Shown here: positions 5,860-14,304 of the stretch, piece after piece
Numbering within the stretch: the first letter of the stretch is position 1
Layout: the number at the start of each line of letters is the position of its first letter
Made by a program: the position numbers and the translations under genes
Origin: Chthoniobacteraceae bacterium
GTDB lineage: Bacteria; Verrucomicrobiota; Verrucomicrobiia; Chthoniobacterales; Chthoniobacteraceae
Reading direction: 5' to 3'
Length of the DNA stretch: 14,304 bases
Assembly: GCA_031409655.1 (NCBI GenBank)
Contig: JANNXQ010000020.1
Coordinates: 1-14,304, forward strand
The notes under the pieces: generated by a model
The model's input: only the letters and a program-made list of their open reading frames with translations
The model's database searches: none
Told to the model about the DNA's origin: nothing

Positions 5860-8800
5860 TCATGGCGGGGAGAAGATTTTCAGGCGCACAAAGCATTGTA
5901 CTGCGCTGCCGACGGGGAGCGTGGCCTTTACCACTTGCACCGTGCCATTGTCGCTGAGGACCTGCTCAGTCACGCCACTTGTAATCCACAGGTCAGGGCC
6001 GGGCAACGTGTTGCTCCACTCCACAATGAAAGTTGCCCCAGCACTCACCGCAGCGATGCTGCGCGTGTAGGTAAATTCGAGGTTTGCGCCGTTGCGCATC
6101 ACGCTGGTAGGCAGAGGGGTGCTGGTGGTGGGGTCAAGATGGCAGGCCCATTCGATGAGATTGACAAGTCCATCACGATCGAAGTCAAAGTCATCGCCGG
6201 CGTTCCCGCCGTCGCCAGTGGTGCCGAAATATGTCTGCCGCCAGCTCTCCTGCGCTGTGAGCCCGATGCCTGCGATCACATAGGTGAATGGGTTTTCGTC
6301 GCTATCGTCGCTGGCAATACTCACGGTGGCAGTGGCGGGACCGGCGGCGCTGGGATTGAAAGTAATGGTGAACGTGGCTGTGCCGCCGCTGGCGGCGACG
6401 GCGGCGGCCGGTTGCGCAGTGACGCTGAAGGCGCTGCTGCCGCTCAGCGTGACGTAATTCGGCGCACTGCCGGTAAGTTGGAGAATACCGGTGCCGCTGT
6501 TGGTAACGGTGAAAGTGCGCGCCACAGTCCCACCGCTCACCGCCGTACTGCCGAAGTCGGTGTGATTCGCTGCACTTGGCGTGGTTTCGCCATTTGCAAT
6601 ATTGGTGCCGTTACCGCTTAGGGCGACCTCGGGGGCGGTCTCGCCTTCATATCGCACCACGGCAAAACTGTTGCCCGACCTGCCCGCAACAACGAGCATC
6701 CCATCGTGCTGCACTGCCACGCTGGACCCGAAGTCTTGTGCGCCGCCAAAATCTGTGCTCACTTTGCCAGCCTCGCCGAAGCTGTTATCCAGCACCCCGC
6801 TGGTTGTGTAACGTGCTACGGCAAAGTCCGACGACCCGAGTTTGGAGGTAGACCCAGCAACAAAGATCTTTCCGTTGGCCTGCAACGCCACACTGCTGGC
6901 GTAATCACTACTGCCATCAAAGTCGGTGATGATCCTGCCATTCGTGCCGAAGGCCGTGTCTAGCGCGCCACTGGACGTGAAGCGCACCACGGCGAAATCA
7001 TCGTTGGATGAGTAGCCCGCGACAAGTATCTTCCCGTCGCTCTGCACCACCACGCTGTTGCCCGACTCGTCGAGATCGAAATCAGTCACGACCTTGCCAC
7101 CCGTGCCAAAGGTTGGGTCCAGCGCGCCGCTCGCCGTATAGCGCACGACTGCGATGTCGATGTTAGTGCCGTTGTCGGACTCCCCTGCGATAACGATCTT
7201 ACCGTCGGTCTGCACTGCCACGCTATAGGCCCACGCATATCCACTGCTGCCGAGAGGCGTAGTTACCTTGCCACCCGTGCCGAACGTCGGGTCCAGCGTG
7301 CCGTCGATATTGTAACGGGCGAGGGCGAACTCCCAGTCGCTGCCGTTCTCGCAAGCGCCTGCGACGACGATCTTTCCATCGCTCTGTAGCGCCACGCTGT
7401 AGCCTTCGTCCCAGCTGCCGTAGAAGTCCGTGGTGACCTTGCCCTCCACGCCGAAGGTTGTGTCTAGCGCGCCACTGGCCGTGTAGCGCACCACGGCGAA
7501 ATCGCTGCTGTTCTCGTCGGATGAGTAGCCCGCGACGACGATTTTTCCGTCGCTCTGCACCACCACGCTGTTGCCAGACTCGTCGTTGAGATCGAAATCA
7601 GTCATCACCGTGCCGCCCGTGCCAAAGGTTGTGTCTAGCGTCCCGTTGGCATTGTAGCGGACCATCCCAATGTCGTAATTAACAATGAAATCTGTGCCGT
7701 TCATCACATAGCCTGCCACAACGATCTTGCCGTCACTTTGCAACGCTACATCCAATCCATTGCCGCCGCTTTGGCCAATGGGAGTCGTTGCTTTGCCGCC
7801 CGAACCAAAACTGCGATCAAGTCCATCTACTACGGTCACCGCGACGGTGGCTTCGTTGAGCACGCCCCACGAATCGATGACCCGATATGTGAATCGGTCA
7901 CTGCCTGCGAGCATCGCGGGAGTGCCAGCCGTATAGATGATCGAATTCCCGTCGATCGTCGCCGTCCCGCCTAGAGGCTGCGAGACACTGTCGATGGATA
8001 ATGTGCCGCCGGAAAGCGCGACATCGTTCGCCAGAATCGGGATGGTGAGTGGGAGCTTTCCATTTGTCAAAGCGTTGTCATTGGCTGCCAATGGCGGCAC
8101 GCCTCGGGATTCCACGTTCACCCGCGTCTGAAAACCATCTAGGGAAATGGTGAGTCTCGCGGTACCAGGTGTCAGCGCGGTGATGTTCAGGCCACCATCT
8201 ACGCGCACCACTGTCGTACGCGAGGAAACTACGGAAAGATTGGCCCCGGGGGACACATAGGCAGGCAACTGGGTTAGATCCGAGTAAACCTTCCGAACTC
8301 CGAAAGTCGTCGAAGTGCCTGCCGCTATTGTGATCGTGTCTGGATCCACCGAAATCCCTTCCTGAACAACCGGGGGTGGGCGGGAAACGGCCACGATTGG
8401 CGCGGCGACTACGAATACACCCGCTGTAGAAATGTAGGTGGCACTCAGAACGACCTCTCCGAGAAAATCATCCGCAACGACCAAGGTTACTTGCCGCGCA
8501 TCAGTCTCCGAGATCTGTAATGACACAGGTTCCGCAGAGGTGCCGAAAATGCCGAGAGACCAATTCAGCGAACCCATTTCAATCTGGCTTTCGTCCACCG
8601 CGAGATGGAATTCGGAAGTGGTCTGCGAGGCAGCCAGCCCTAGTTTCTGTGGAGCCTGTGGCGATCCCGAGCCGGGCGCGATGGGGCCAGGAGCGGCCTC
8701 AACGGATGGGACGAGACTCCTAACCCAATTCGCATCAGTCATCGGTCTGAGGTCCTGCCGAAGAAAAGGTCCAAAAGGAAGACGATCTCCCTCAAGTAGA

Positions 8801-10746
8801 GTTGCGACGTAACGCGCGAGGTTCGCGTTCCGGGTTTGGGAATCAGGCAACTGGGATCCAATCCCAAATGCAAGTCCCGGACCGGCGTGTTGTGCATCTT
8901 CAACACGCCACTTCAGGGCGCTGCGATTACCAGGAAATGCACCCGCGAGACTGGAATCAGGTTCAACAACACCGTCGGATCCGTGGGGCAGCAGCATCGT
9001 ACCTCTGAGAGATCTCAATCCAAGAGCATTGTAAGCTCTGATTCCCGGCCCTTCATTCGGTGAAAAACCGTCGTTCACATACGTGGCGCTGAGATGTAAC
9101 GGTGCATCTGGATCGGTGATATACTCAGGGCGATTGATGTGGCGGACTTGAACTCCGAACGGATCAAACTTCCCCAAGACTCCTTGGTTCCACAAATCGG
9201 AGATCTGTTTTTGGACGACGTATCTGTAAGCCTGCGGTAAGGCCTCCGTTCCTTTAAGTCCGAGCTCGTGCATGTAAGGGTCCAGCACGTTCCCGTTATG
9301 TGGCGAGCCTATGGTTACAATCCTCCGGAACCGCCCACGTTCAAAGTTCGTCGCATTGCGAAAGGGCTTCTGGAGACCCCAGTACTTCGAGCTGTTCCGA
9401 GCGATCGACAACATACGCAAGATCACACCCCCTTGACTGTGTCCGACTACATCGAACCGGGTCATAGCCCACTTCATAGATGGTGCTAGCCCCGCGTCTC
9501 CAAAAACAGCGTTGTCTAGCGTCGCATCAACATCTTCGGCGAGGTTCGCGAGCGATTGACGAATGGCACGAAGCCACTTTTCCCCGTCACGAACATCCGG
9601 ATTTCCATAGTCGATTGCCACGAAATCCCTGCCTTGTTCACTGAATTTCAAAAGAAAACTTTCACTCCAAGTATCGGCGTTTGAGGCAACTCCATGCACG
9701 AAGACGATCGGCGGCTTCCTAAACGAGATACGGGCGCGTGCCAGTTCTCCAGCTTGGCCGTCAACCACCGCGACTAAGTCCGCTGTGATCTCCTTGCTGC
9801 CTAGGAACATACTGAGTGCGGATGGTTGCAATGCACTGATCATCGCGAATCCAATTCCCGATGAGTCAAGTTGGATTACCCTCGAGAGATCCCAATCGGT
9901 GGCGCCTAGAGACCGAATGACGGGCATCTGGAGGGGCGGAGGCTGCAAAAGCGTTCCGCCCTCCTCATTCTCATACGAAAGCGTTACTGTGGCTCCCGGA
10001 GGTCCAATAATTCGAATCACCAATGGCGTGACGCCATCTGCGACCAACCCTGAATCCACCACGGGGAGCGCAAGGAGCCGGTCGCGCTGAGTCGTTGGAA
10101 TGAGAGCGTCGTCAATACCGGCATCCAGGTTGAGGACATCATCCGGCTGGGACAAGCGTTTGAAGGAGATCGGGCCGCCAGTTACACGGACTGAAAACGA
10201 GCCCTGATTGTCCGCGAAAATATCATCATTGATTCCCAACTGAAGGAAAGATGCTCCGGCAGGAACAAGCATCTCAGTGATCCCGTGACCAACCTTGAAC
10301 GGAGCACCGATGACCACACCATTCGCGTCTGCAAAGGCTCCCATTAACGCCATAAGCGAAATCGGCCAGGTAGCACCTGCATATTTGCTCGGAAAGGGCT
10401 GCCCGCTGCTGCCCAACTTTTCATTCGCAGGTGACCATGCATCCCAGCCAATGCCTCGGGGATAACCGTCAGGCCCGCAAAACGTCCCTCTCCCGTCGGC
10501 TGCCACCAGGCCTCCAAGCACGGTCACGGATACTCGAGAGCCCGCTTGGACAGCGAACCTTACCGGCGGCTGGTGGTCGTTCACTCCAAACGGTAGCGTA
10601 GGATTTGAACCGCGCTCCCATGGCCCCACTTTGCTGGAGACGGTAAGCGTCGCTGTAGCTGCCACCGCAACGTGTGAAACGATCAGCCACGCGCAGGTCG
10701 CCACAAGAAATGCGCTACTAAAAAAACGATGCTTTTTGCTCCTCAT
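5860..10746 (-). CDS. 1628-aa secreted multidomain protein: signal peptide, lectin-like beta domain, alpha/beta-hydrolase (lipase-like), Ig-like domains, 7 delta-60 repeats, choice-of-anchor-D-like Ig domain, Verrucomicrobia-type C-terminal domain
   Basis: Basic plus hydrophobic N-terminus; PIVFVHG, GHSQGG (9427-9444), TIGSPHNG, SDGVV; PPLAANDNA...FTY; LDxxFGxGG/QxDGKIVVAG repeats; DFGS...RTFTVTNSG; WRQTYFG...DFDRDGLVNLIEW...LDP...FVRLKI. Confidence 0.9.
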   Translation of the reverse strand: MRSKKHRFFSSAFLVATCAWLIVSHVAVAATATLTVSSKVGPWERGSNPTLPFGVNDHQPPVRFAVQAGSRVSVTVLGGLVAADGRGTFCGPDGYPRGIGWDAWSPANEKLGSSGQPFPSKYAGATWPISLMALMGAFADANGVVIGAPFKVGHGITEMLVPAGASFLQLGINDDIFADNQGSFSVRVTGGPISFKRLSQPDDVLNLDAGIDDALIPTTQRDRLLALPVVDSGLVADGVTPLVIRIIGPPGATVTLSYENEEGGTLLQPPPLQMPVIRSLGATDWDLSRVIQLDSSGIGFAMISALQPSALSMFLGSKEITADLVAVVDGQAGELARARISFRKPPIVFVHGVASNADTWSESFLLKFSEQGRDFVAIDYGNPDVRDGEKWLRAIRQSLANLAEDVDATLDNAVFGDAGLAPSMKWAMTRFDVVGHSQGGVILRMLSIARNSSKYWGLQKPFRNATNFERGRFRRIVTIGSPHNGNVLDPYMHELGLKGTEALPQAYRYVVQKQISDLWNQGVLGKFDPFGVQVRHINRPEYITDPDAPLHLSATYVNDGFSPNEGPGIRAYNALGLRSLRGTMLLPHGSDGVVEPDSSLAGAFPGNRSALKWRVEDAQHAGPGLAFGIGSQLPDSQTRNANLARYVATLLEGDRLPFGPFLRQDLRPMTDANWVRSLVPSVEAAPGPIAPGSGSPQAPQKLGLAASQTTSEFHLAVDESQIEMGSLNWSLGIFGTSAEPVSLQISETDARQVTLVVADDFLGEVVLSATYISTAGVFVVAAPIVAVSRPPPVVQEGISVDPDTITIAAGTSTTFGVRKVYSDLTQLPAYVSPGANLSVVSSRTTVVRVDGGLNITALTPGTARLTISLDGFQTRVNVESRGVPPLAANDNALTNGKLPLTIPILANDVALSGGTLSIDSVSQPLGGTATIDGNSIIYTAGTPAMLAGSDRFTYRVIDSWGVLNEATVAVTVVDGLDRSFGSGGKATTPIGQSGGNGLDVALQSDGKIVVAGYVMNGTDFIVNYDIGMVRYNANGTLDTTFGTGGTVMTDFDLNDESGNSVVVQSDGKIVVAGYSSDENSSDFAVVRYTASGALDTTFGVEGKVTTDFYGSWDEGYSVALQSDGKIVVAGACENGSDWEFALARYNIDGTLDPTFGTGGKVTTPLGSSGYAWAYSVAVQTDGKIVIAGESDNGTNIDIAVVRYTASGALDPTFGTGGKVVTDFDLDESGNSVVVQSDGKILVAGYSSNDDFAVVRFTSSGALDTAFGTNGRIITDFDGSSDYASSVALQANGKIFVAGSTSKLGSSDFAVARYTTSGVLDNSFGEAGKVSTDFGGAQDFGSSVAVQHDGMLVVAGRSGNSFAVVRYEGETAPEVALSGNGTNIANGETTPSAANHTDFGSTAVSGGTVARTFTVTNSGTGILQLTGSAPNYVTLSGSSAFSVTAQPAAAVAASGGTATFTITFNPSAAGPATATVSIASDDSDENPFTYVIAGIGLTAQESWRQTYFGTTGDGGNAGDDFDFDRDGLVNLIEWACHLDPTTSTPLPTSVMRNGANLEFTYTRSIAAVSAGATFIVEWSNTLPGPDLWITSGVTEQVLSDNGTVQVVKATLPVGSAVQCFVRLKIFSPP
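6645..7824 (-). repeat. Seven intragenic delta-60 (DUF5122-like) beta-propeller repeats, about 55 aa each
   Basis: Seven Q(S/T/A/H)(D/N)G(K/M)(I/L)xxAG motifs, with near-identical DNA between ~6956-7110 and ~7460-7630. Confidence 0.85.
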
Positions 10747-11034
10747 AAAAGTTCTTTTAACTGCTCGGAAAGGTCACATCCAATCCTTTTGGGGGAGTGG
10801 GAATAATTAAGCGAGTATTTAGACGTGAACCAATGAGCGTCAAGAAGTCGAACGGCTCGCCGGACTCTGGGCACTCTGGGATGCGGGAAGAATCCCAATT
10901 TCTCGGGATGGAAGAAGGTGTCCAACCGGCTCACACCACCTTTCGCGCCAACCGAACGCTGCTCCGAAAAATGGCGAAAAATTTGGCGTTCACTTCCGCT
11001 TCCCGTTCGCGGGCCGGCTGAACGAGGCAAGGGC

Positions 11035-11805
11035 ATGTCTGCAACATCCACCACAAGCCATGCGCAAAAGATACGCATTCTGCGTAGTCTGCGGAAACCC
11101 GAGGACGTTGAAGCGATGAACATCCGCTTCGGCGTCGAACTTGAAACCAAAGTGCCACGCACCTGCGGCCTCGCCGCCGGCGGCTAACACGTCGGCTATC
11201 CGGTGAGGACGGCCCGCGCGATCAACGGACAGGAACTTGCCGCGCCCACCTTCAACGGTGCTACGTGGCGGGCCGACCGCGACGGTTCCATCACGTCCGA
11301 GCCGGGCGAGATGCCCTGCGAATTTGTGTCGCCCATTCTTCACGGAGCTGAGGGCGTCGAGAACCTCTGCCGGTTCATGGAATGGATGAACGCGATCGGC
11401 GCCACCGTCGATAACTCGTGCGGCGTCCACATCACCGTGGGCATCGAGTCGGTGATCGGCAGCCGGGAGGCGGGCAAGGTGAGCGAGTTCGTGCGCAAGC
11501 TGGCGCACATCGCGCAGTGGCACGCGATGTCGCTCTATGGTCAGACGGGCACTGGCCGCCACCTGAGCCGCTACAGCCACACGCTCGCCGTCGACGTGGA
11601 GCGCCGCATGAAGAAAATCGTGAACACGAGCAGCGTGGCGGACAAGGAAGCTGCGGCGGCGGCCTGCGGGCGCGGAATGGTTTCGTTCCAAAAGGCGTTC
11701 AGAATGCGCGGCGATGAGTATGTGGGCGCGGTGGAGTTCCGCGTGTTCGCCGGCACCACGAGTCTCATGAAAGTGCTGCATCACTTGGCGACGGTGCTCG
11801 GGCTT
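11035..11805 (+). pseudogene. Putative amidoligase (Amidoligase_2 / COOH-NH2 ligase-like), in-frame TAA at 11185-11187, 3'-truncated
   Basis: ORFs 10918..11187 and 11203..12120 share a frame (AAGG*HVGYPVR). Motifs FGVELE, DGSI, EFVSPIL, SCGVHI and VEFRVFAGT. The frame becomes Arg-rich and non-protein-like after TVLGL (11805). Start at 11035 or 11116. Confidence 0.8.
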
Positions 11806-11809
11806 CCCG

Positions 11810-12714
11810 CGCACCGGTCCCGGCCAAGACGAGTGTTTCGCACTTGTCTTCGAGTCGGCATTCGATCTCGCGCGGCGCGAACCGGATTGGGCCGCGGCAG
11901 CGCTCGATGCGTGGCCTGCCGCTCGCGAGCGGCCCGCGCTTGCCATGCTCAAATCCCACACCCAGGTTCGCGAAATCAGTCACGCTGCGATCGTGGCCGC
12001 ATTTGCCGCGCAGACTGCACCGATGCGCGAGACGGAGAAAAAGTGGCGCAGCGAAGGCTGGGTCGTTTTTTCCGGCGAAGTATGGTTCTGGGCCGGATTG
12101 CACGCCGCCTAACTGCCTGAGGAAGATCGGTTCCTGCCGCGCTTTCGCGAAGCCCTCCAAGCGGCGAGTGGCCAAGTCTGGGACGATCCGCGATCGCACA
12201 CGCGCGTCATCCGCCGCGCGCCGTGGCATTCCCCCTCCACTTCCCGCGCCGAACTGCAGGCCCACCCAGTCCTCCGGTTCGGACGATTGTTTTGCGTCAG
12301 CCATGCCGAAGAAACTGCGGTCCTGGAGTTCTTGAACGCGCAATGCATCGCCGAGGACCTCGAGAGCGAAGGACACTACAGCACCAGCGACCTCGTTCTC
12401 GCGCGGTGGATCCGCAATGCACGATCGGGGGCCGAGCGACTGTTGCGGGAACAACCGGACCGCGTGAGGGCATTCATCGAAGTGCCACTCGGCGGTGATT
12501 CCCGAGAGTTCCTGATCGAGCAATTCGGCCCGCGGCCAAAAAGATCGATGACATCGAAGCCACCGAGCGCTGGATCGACTGGCATTCGAAATGGCGCGGA
12601 CACCGCTTCTCGCGCAATCGCGGCGAGAGCGTCGAGGCCGCTGCGCGAGCGATGGACTCCGCGCTCTGGCTGGGCTGGCTCTTTCCGCGTCGCATCCGCT
12701 CTCACCGTAAGTGA
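11810..12714 (+). pseudogene. 5'-truncated relic of an unknown protein gene
   Basis: A protein-like frame (DECFALVFESAFDLARREPDWAAAALDAW...) has no start, a TAA at 12110-12112, continues into track ORF 12287, and apparently frameshifts at the A5 run 12538-12542 into KIDDIEATERWIDWH...RK*. Confidence 0.45.
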
Positions 12715-13020
12715 TCCGACCTGTCTCGAGAGAGTTCAATGGGAGCTGCGGATTTCCGCTCAGCTCGAAAACCGAACTGACACGCCGCCTCCGCATGATA
12801 ACCTCGGTCCTGAACCCCGATGCCCGGACCCCGGAATTACAAACACGCATTCCCATTGGTCGCCGCGGCCTGCGAGGAAGCGATTCCACAGAAGTCATTT
12901 ACGAATTGGCATAAAACGACATCACTTTCTAATTTCCATCGTCCCTCCGGGACCCCGCGCGCATCCCGCATGGCACCACATTTAGTCACACCCAAGGGGC
13001 CGGATGCCGAAGGTCCGTGG

Positions 13021-13049
13021 TTGACACGGCGGGCGCAAAAACCTAAAAA
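13021..13049 (+). promoter_or_regulatory. Possible sigma70 promoter of the lysyl-oxidase-like gene
   Basis: TTGACA (13021-13026)-N17-TAAAAA (13044-13049), ending 23 nt before ATG 13073. The -10 is weak. Confidence 0.35.
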
Positions 13050-13072
13050 CCAAGTTGTCAATCCCTCTTGTT

Positions 13073-14304
13073 ATGCACACTCGCATCTCTCGACCGGTCG
13101 TGGTCCTCCTGCGGTTTCTGCTCCTCATCGGAGTATTCGGATCAAGCGCCCAAGCGCAAACAGCCCTGACCAATGGCGTGGCCGTGGCCAACCTTTCCGG
13201 CGCCGCCGGCAGCAGCGCGTATTACAAAATCGCGGTGCCTGACGGACGGGCGAAGTTGGAGATCCGCATCACGGGGAGCGGCGATTGCGATCTTTACGTG
13301 AAGTACGGGGCGCAACCCACCACTTCGAGTTACGACTACCGCCCGTACACGTCGAACAGCAATGAAACCGTCACCGTCACCAATCCCCGGGGCGGTGAGT
13401 GGTTCATCATGCTCCGCGGTTACAAGGCTTACTCGGGACTGACTCTCTTGGCGACTTATCCCGACGCGACTGCTCCGACAGCGGCCACCCCGACTTTCAG
13501 CCCGGCACCTGGCACCTATCCGCAGCAGCAATATGTGACCCTCTCCTCGGCGACCGCCGACGCGATCGTCCGCTACTCGACGAATGGCTCGGACCCGAAC
13601 TCCAGTTCCACGGTCTATAGCGCGCCGCTCATCCTGAGCAGCACGACGACGATCAAAGCCCGCGCCTTTAAGTCCGGCATGACGGATAGCTCGGTGGCCA
13701 CGGGGACTTACACCATCGTGGGAAGCGGGATCACCGATCTGCAAAATGGCAGCCCGAAAGCCGGACTTTCCGGTGCGAAAGGCAGCCAGACCCATTTCCG
13801 GATTAGCGTGCCCGCCGGGCAGGCTTCGCTGGCGATCACGATCCAGGGCAGCGGCGACTGCGATCTCTACGTCCGCCGCGGATCACAACCGACGCTCGCC
13901 CTCTACGATTACCGGCCCTATCTGAGTAACAGTAACGAAAGCGTGACCGTCAACAGTCCGGCCGCCGGGGATTGGTACATCTTGCTCTATGGCTACGCTG
14001 CTTACAGCAACGTCACCCTCAAGGCGACTTACTCGACCACCGCCAAGCCGGACCTTATCCCGGTTCTCACGTCCCTGAATGCCTCCACGAGCACAGAGAC
14101 CTTCAGTGGCGGAGCCTGCGATGTCACGGAGGGATTGGTCACCTCGGGTACTCGACGGCTGCTCCGTTTCACCACGGAGACGCGGAATGTCGGCACCGCG
14201 GACCTCGTGCTGCGCAGCCCGGCTGGCAATCCGCTCTTCACCTACGCGCCCTGCCACGGCCACTACCACTTCAATGGCTTCGCCGAATACAAGCTGCTCA
14301 ACTC
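13073..14304 (+). CDS. Secreted PPC / chitobiase-Fn3-associated / PPC / lysyl-oxidase-like protein (partial, runs off the window; not in ORF track)
   Basis: 410 stop-free codons from ATG 13073. Signal peptide ending SAQA; two GSGDCDLYV...YDYRPY..NSNE.V...G.W PPC-type domains; ATPTFSPAPGTY...YSTNGSDP...IKARAF; then RRLLRFTTETRNVGTADL...CHGHYHFNGFAEYKLL. Confidence 0.88.
   Translation, partial: MHTRISRPVVVLLRFLLLIGVFGSSAQAQTALTNGVAVANLSGAAGSSAYYKIAVPDGRAKLEIRITGSGDCDLYVKYGAQPTTSSYDYRPYTSNSNETVTVTNPRGGEWFIMLRGYKAYSGLTLLATYPDATAPTAATPTFSPAPGTYPQQQYVTLSSATADAIVRYSTNGSDPNSSSTVYSAPLILSSTTTIKARAFKSGMTDSSVATGTYTIVGSGITDLQNGSPKAGLSGAKGSQTHFRISVPAGQASLAITIQGSGDCDLYVRRGSQPTLALYDYRPYLSNSNESVTVNSPAAGDWYILLYGYAAYSNVTLKATYSTTAKPDLIPVLTSLNASTSTETFSGGACDVTEGLVTSGTRRLLRFTTETRNVGTADLVLRSPAGNPLFTYAPCHGHYHFNGFAEYKLLN

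Larger units (their letters stand above)
670..11805. mobile_element. Degenerate prophage / phage-like remnant (packaging, lysis, DNA-modification accessory genes), interrupted by a 4.9-kb gene
   Basis: Terminase GpA, M15 endolysin, XRE HTH, ParB-N, glycosyltransferase and amidoligase genes, several with nonsense codons. No integrase, att site, portal or capsid gene is visible. Boundaries are approximate. Confidence 0.8.

Noticed and set aside
6645..7824. CRISPR-like periodic repeats
   Set aside because: The repeats are degenerate, in frame and protein-coding (about 165-nt period), and no cas genes are present.
5778..10934. GGCTCAC at 5778-5784 and 10928-10934 as a target-site duplication around the large gene
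   Set aside because: A 7-bp match between flanks of this size is expected by chance, and there are no terminal inverted repeats or transposase.
11806..12120. C-terminal third of track ORF 11203..12120 as part of the amidoligase
   Set aside because: Arg-rich out-of-frame read-through; a different frame is the protein-like one in this stretch.

Overview
GC-rich bacterial DNA, probably from a Verrucomicrobia-like host (inferred from the C-terminal domain style of the large secreted protein). Most of the window (~670-11805) is a decaying prophage or phage-like remnant. Its leftward arm carries an XRE HTH gene, a GpA-type terminase large subunit broken by an in-frame TAG, a 59-aa lipoprotein missed by the ORF track, and an M15 endolysin. 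Its rightward arm carries a ParB-N protein, a GREB1/TET-associated-type glycosyltransferase overlapping it by 197 nt, a stand-alone RarA/MgsA C-terminal-like gene (in-frame TGA) and an amidoligase (in-frame TAA, truncated). An intact 1628-aa secreted multidomain lipase-like/beta-propeller gene lies on the opposite strand within the rightward arm. The window ends in a secreted PPC-PPC-lysyl-oxidase-like gene that runs off the edge and is also absent from the ORF track. The most notable unexplained signal is an exactly spaced TTGAC-N14-start-codon motif before three phage genes, with a second fixed-spacing leader motif before two others. All family assignments come from motif recognition by eye; no searches were run.
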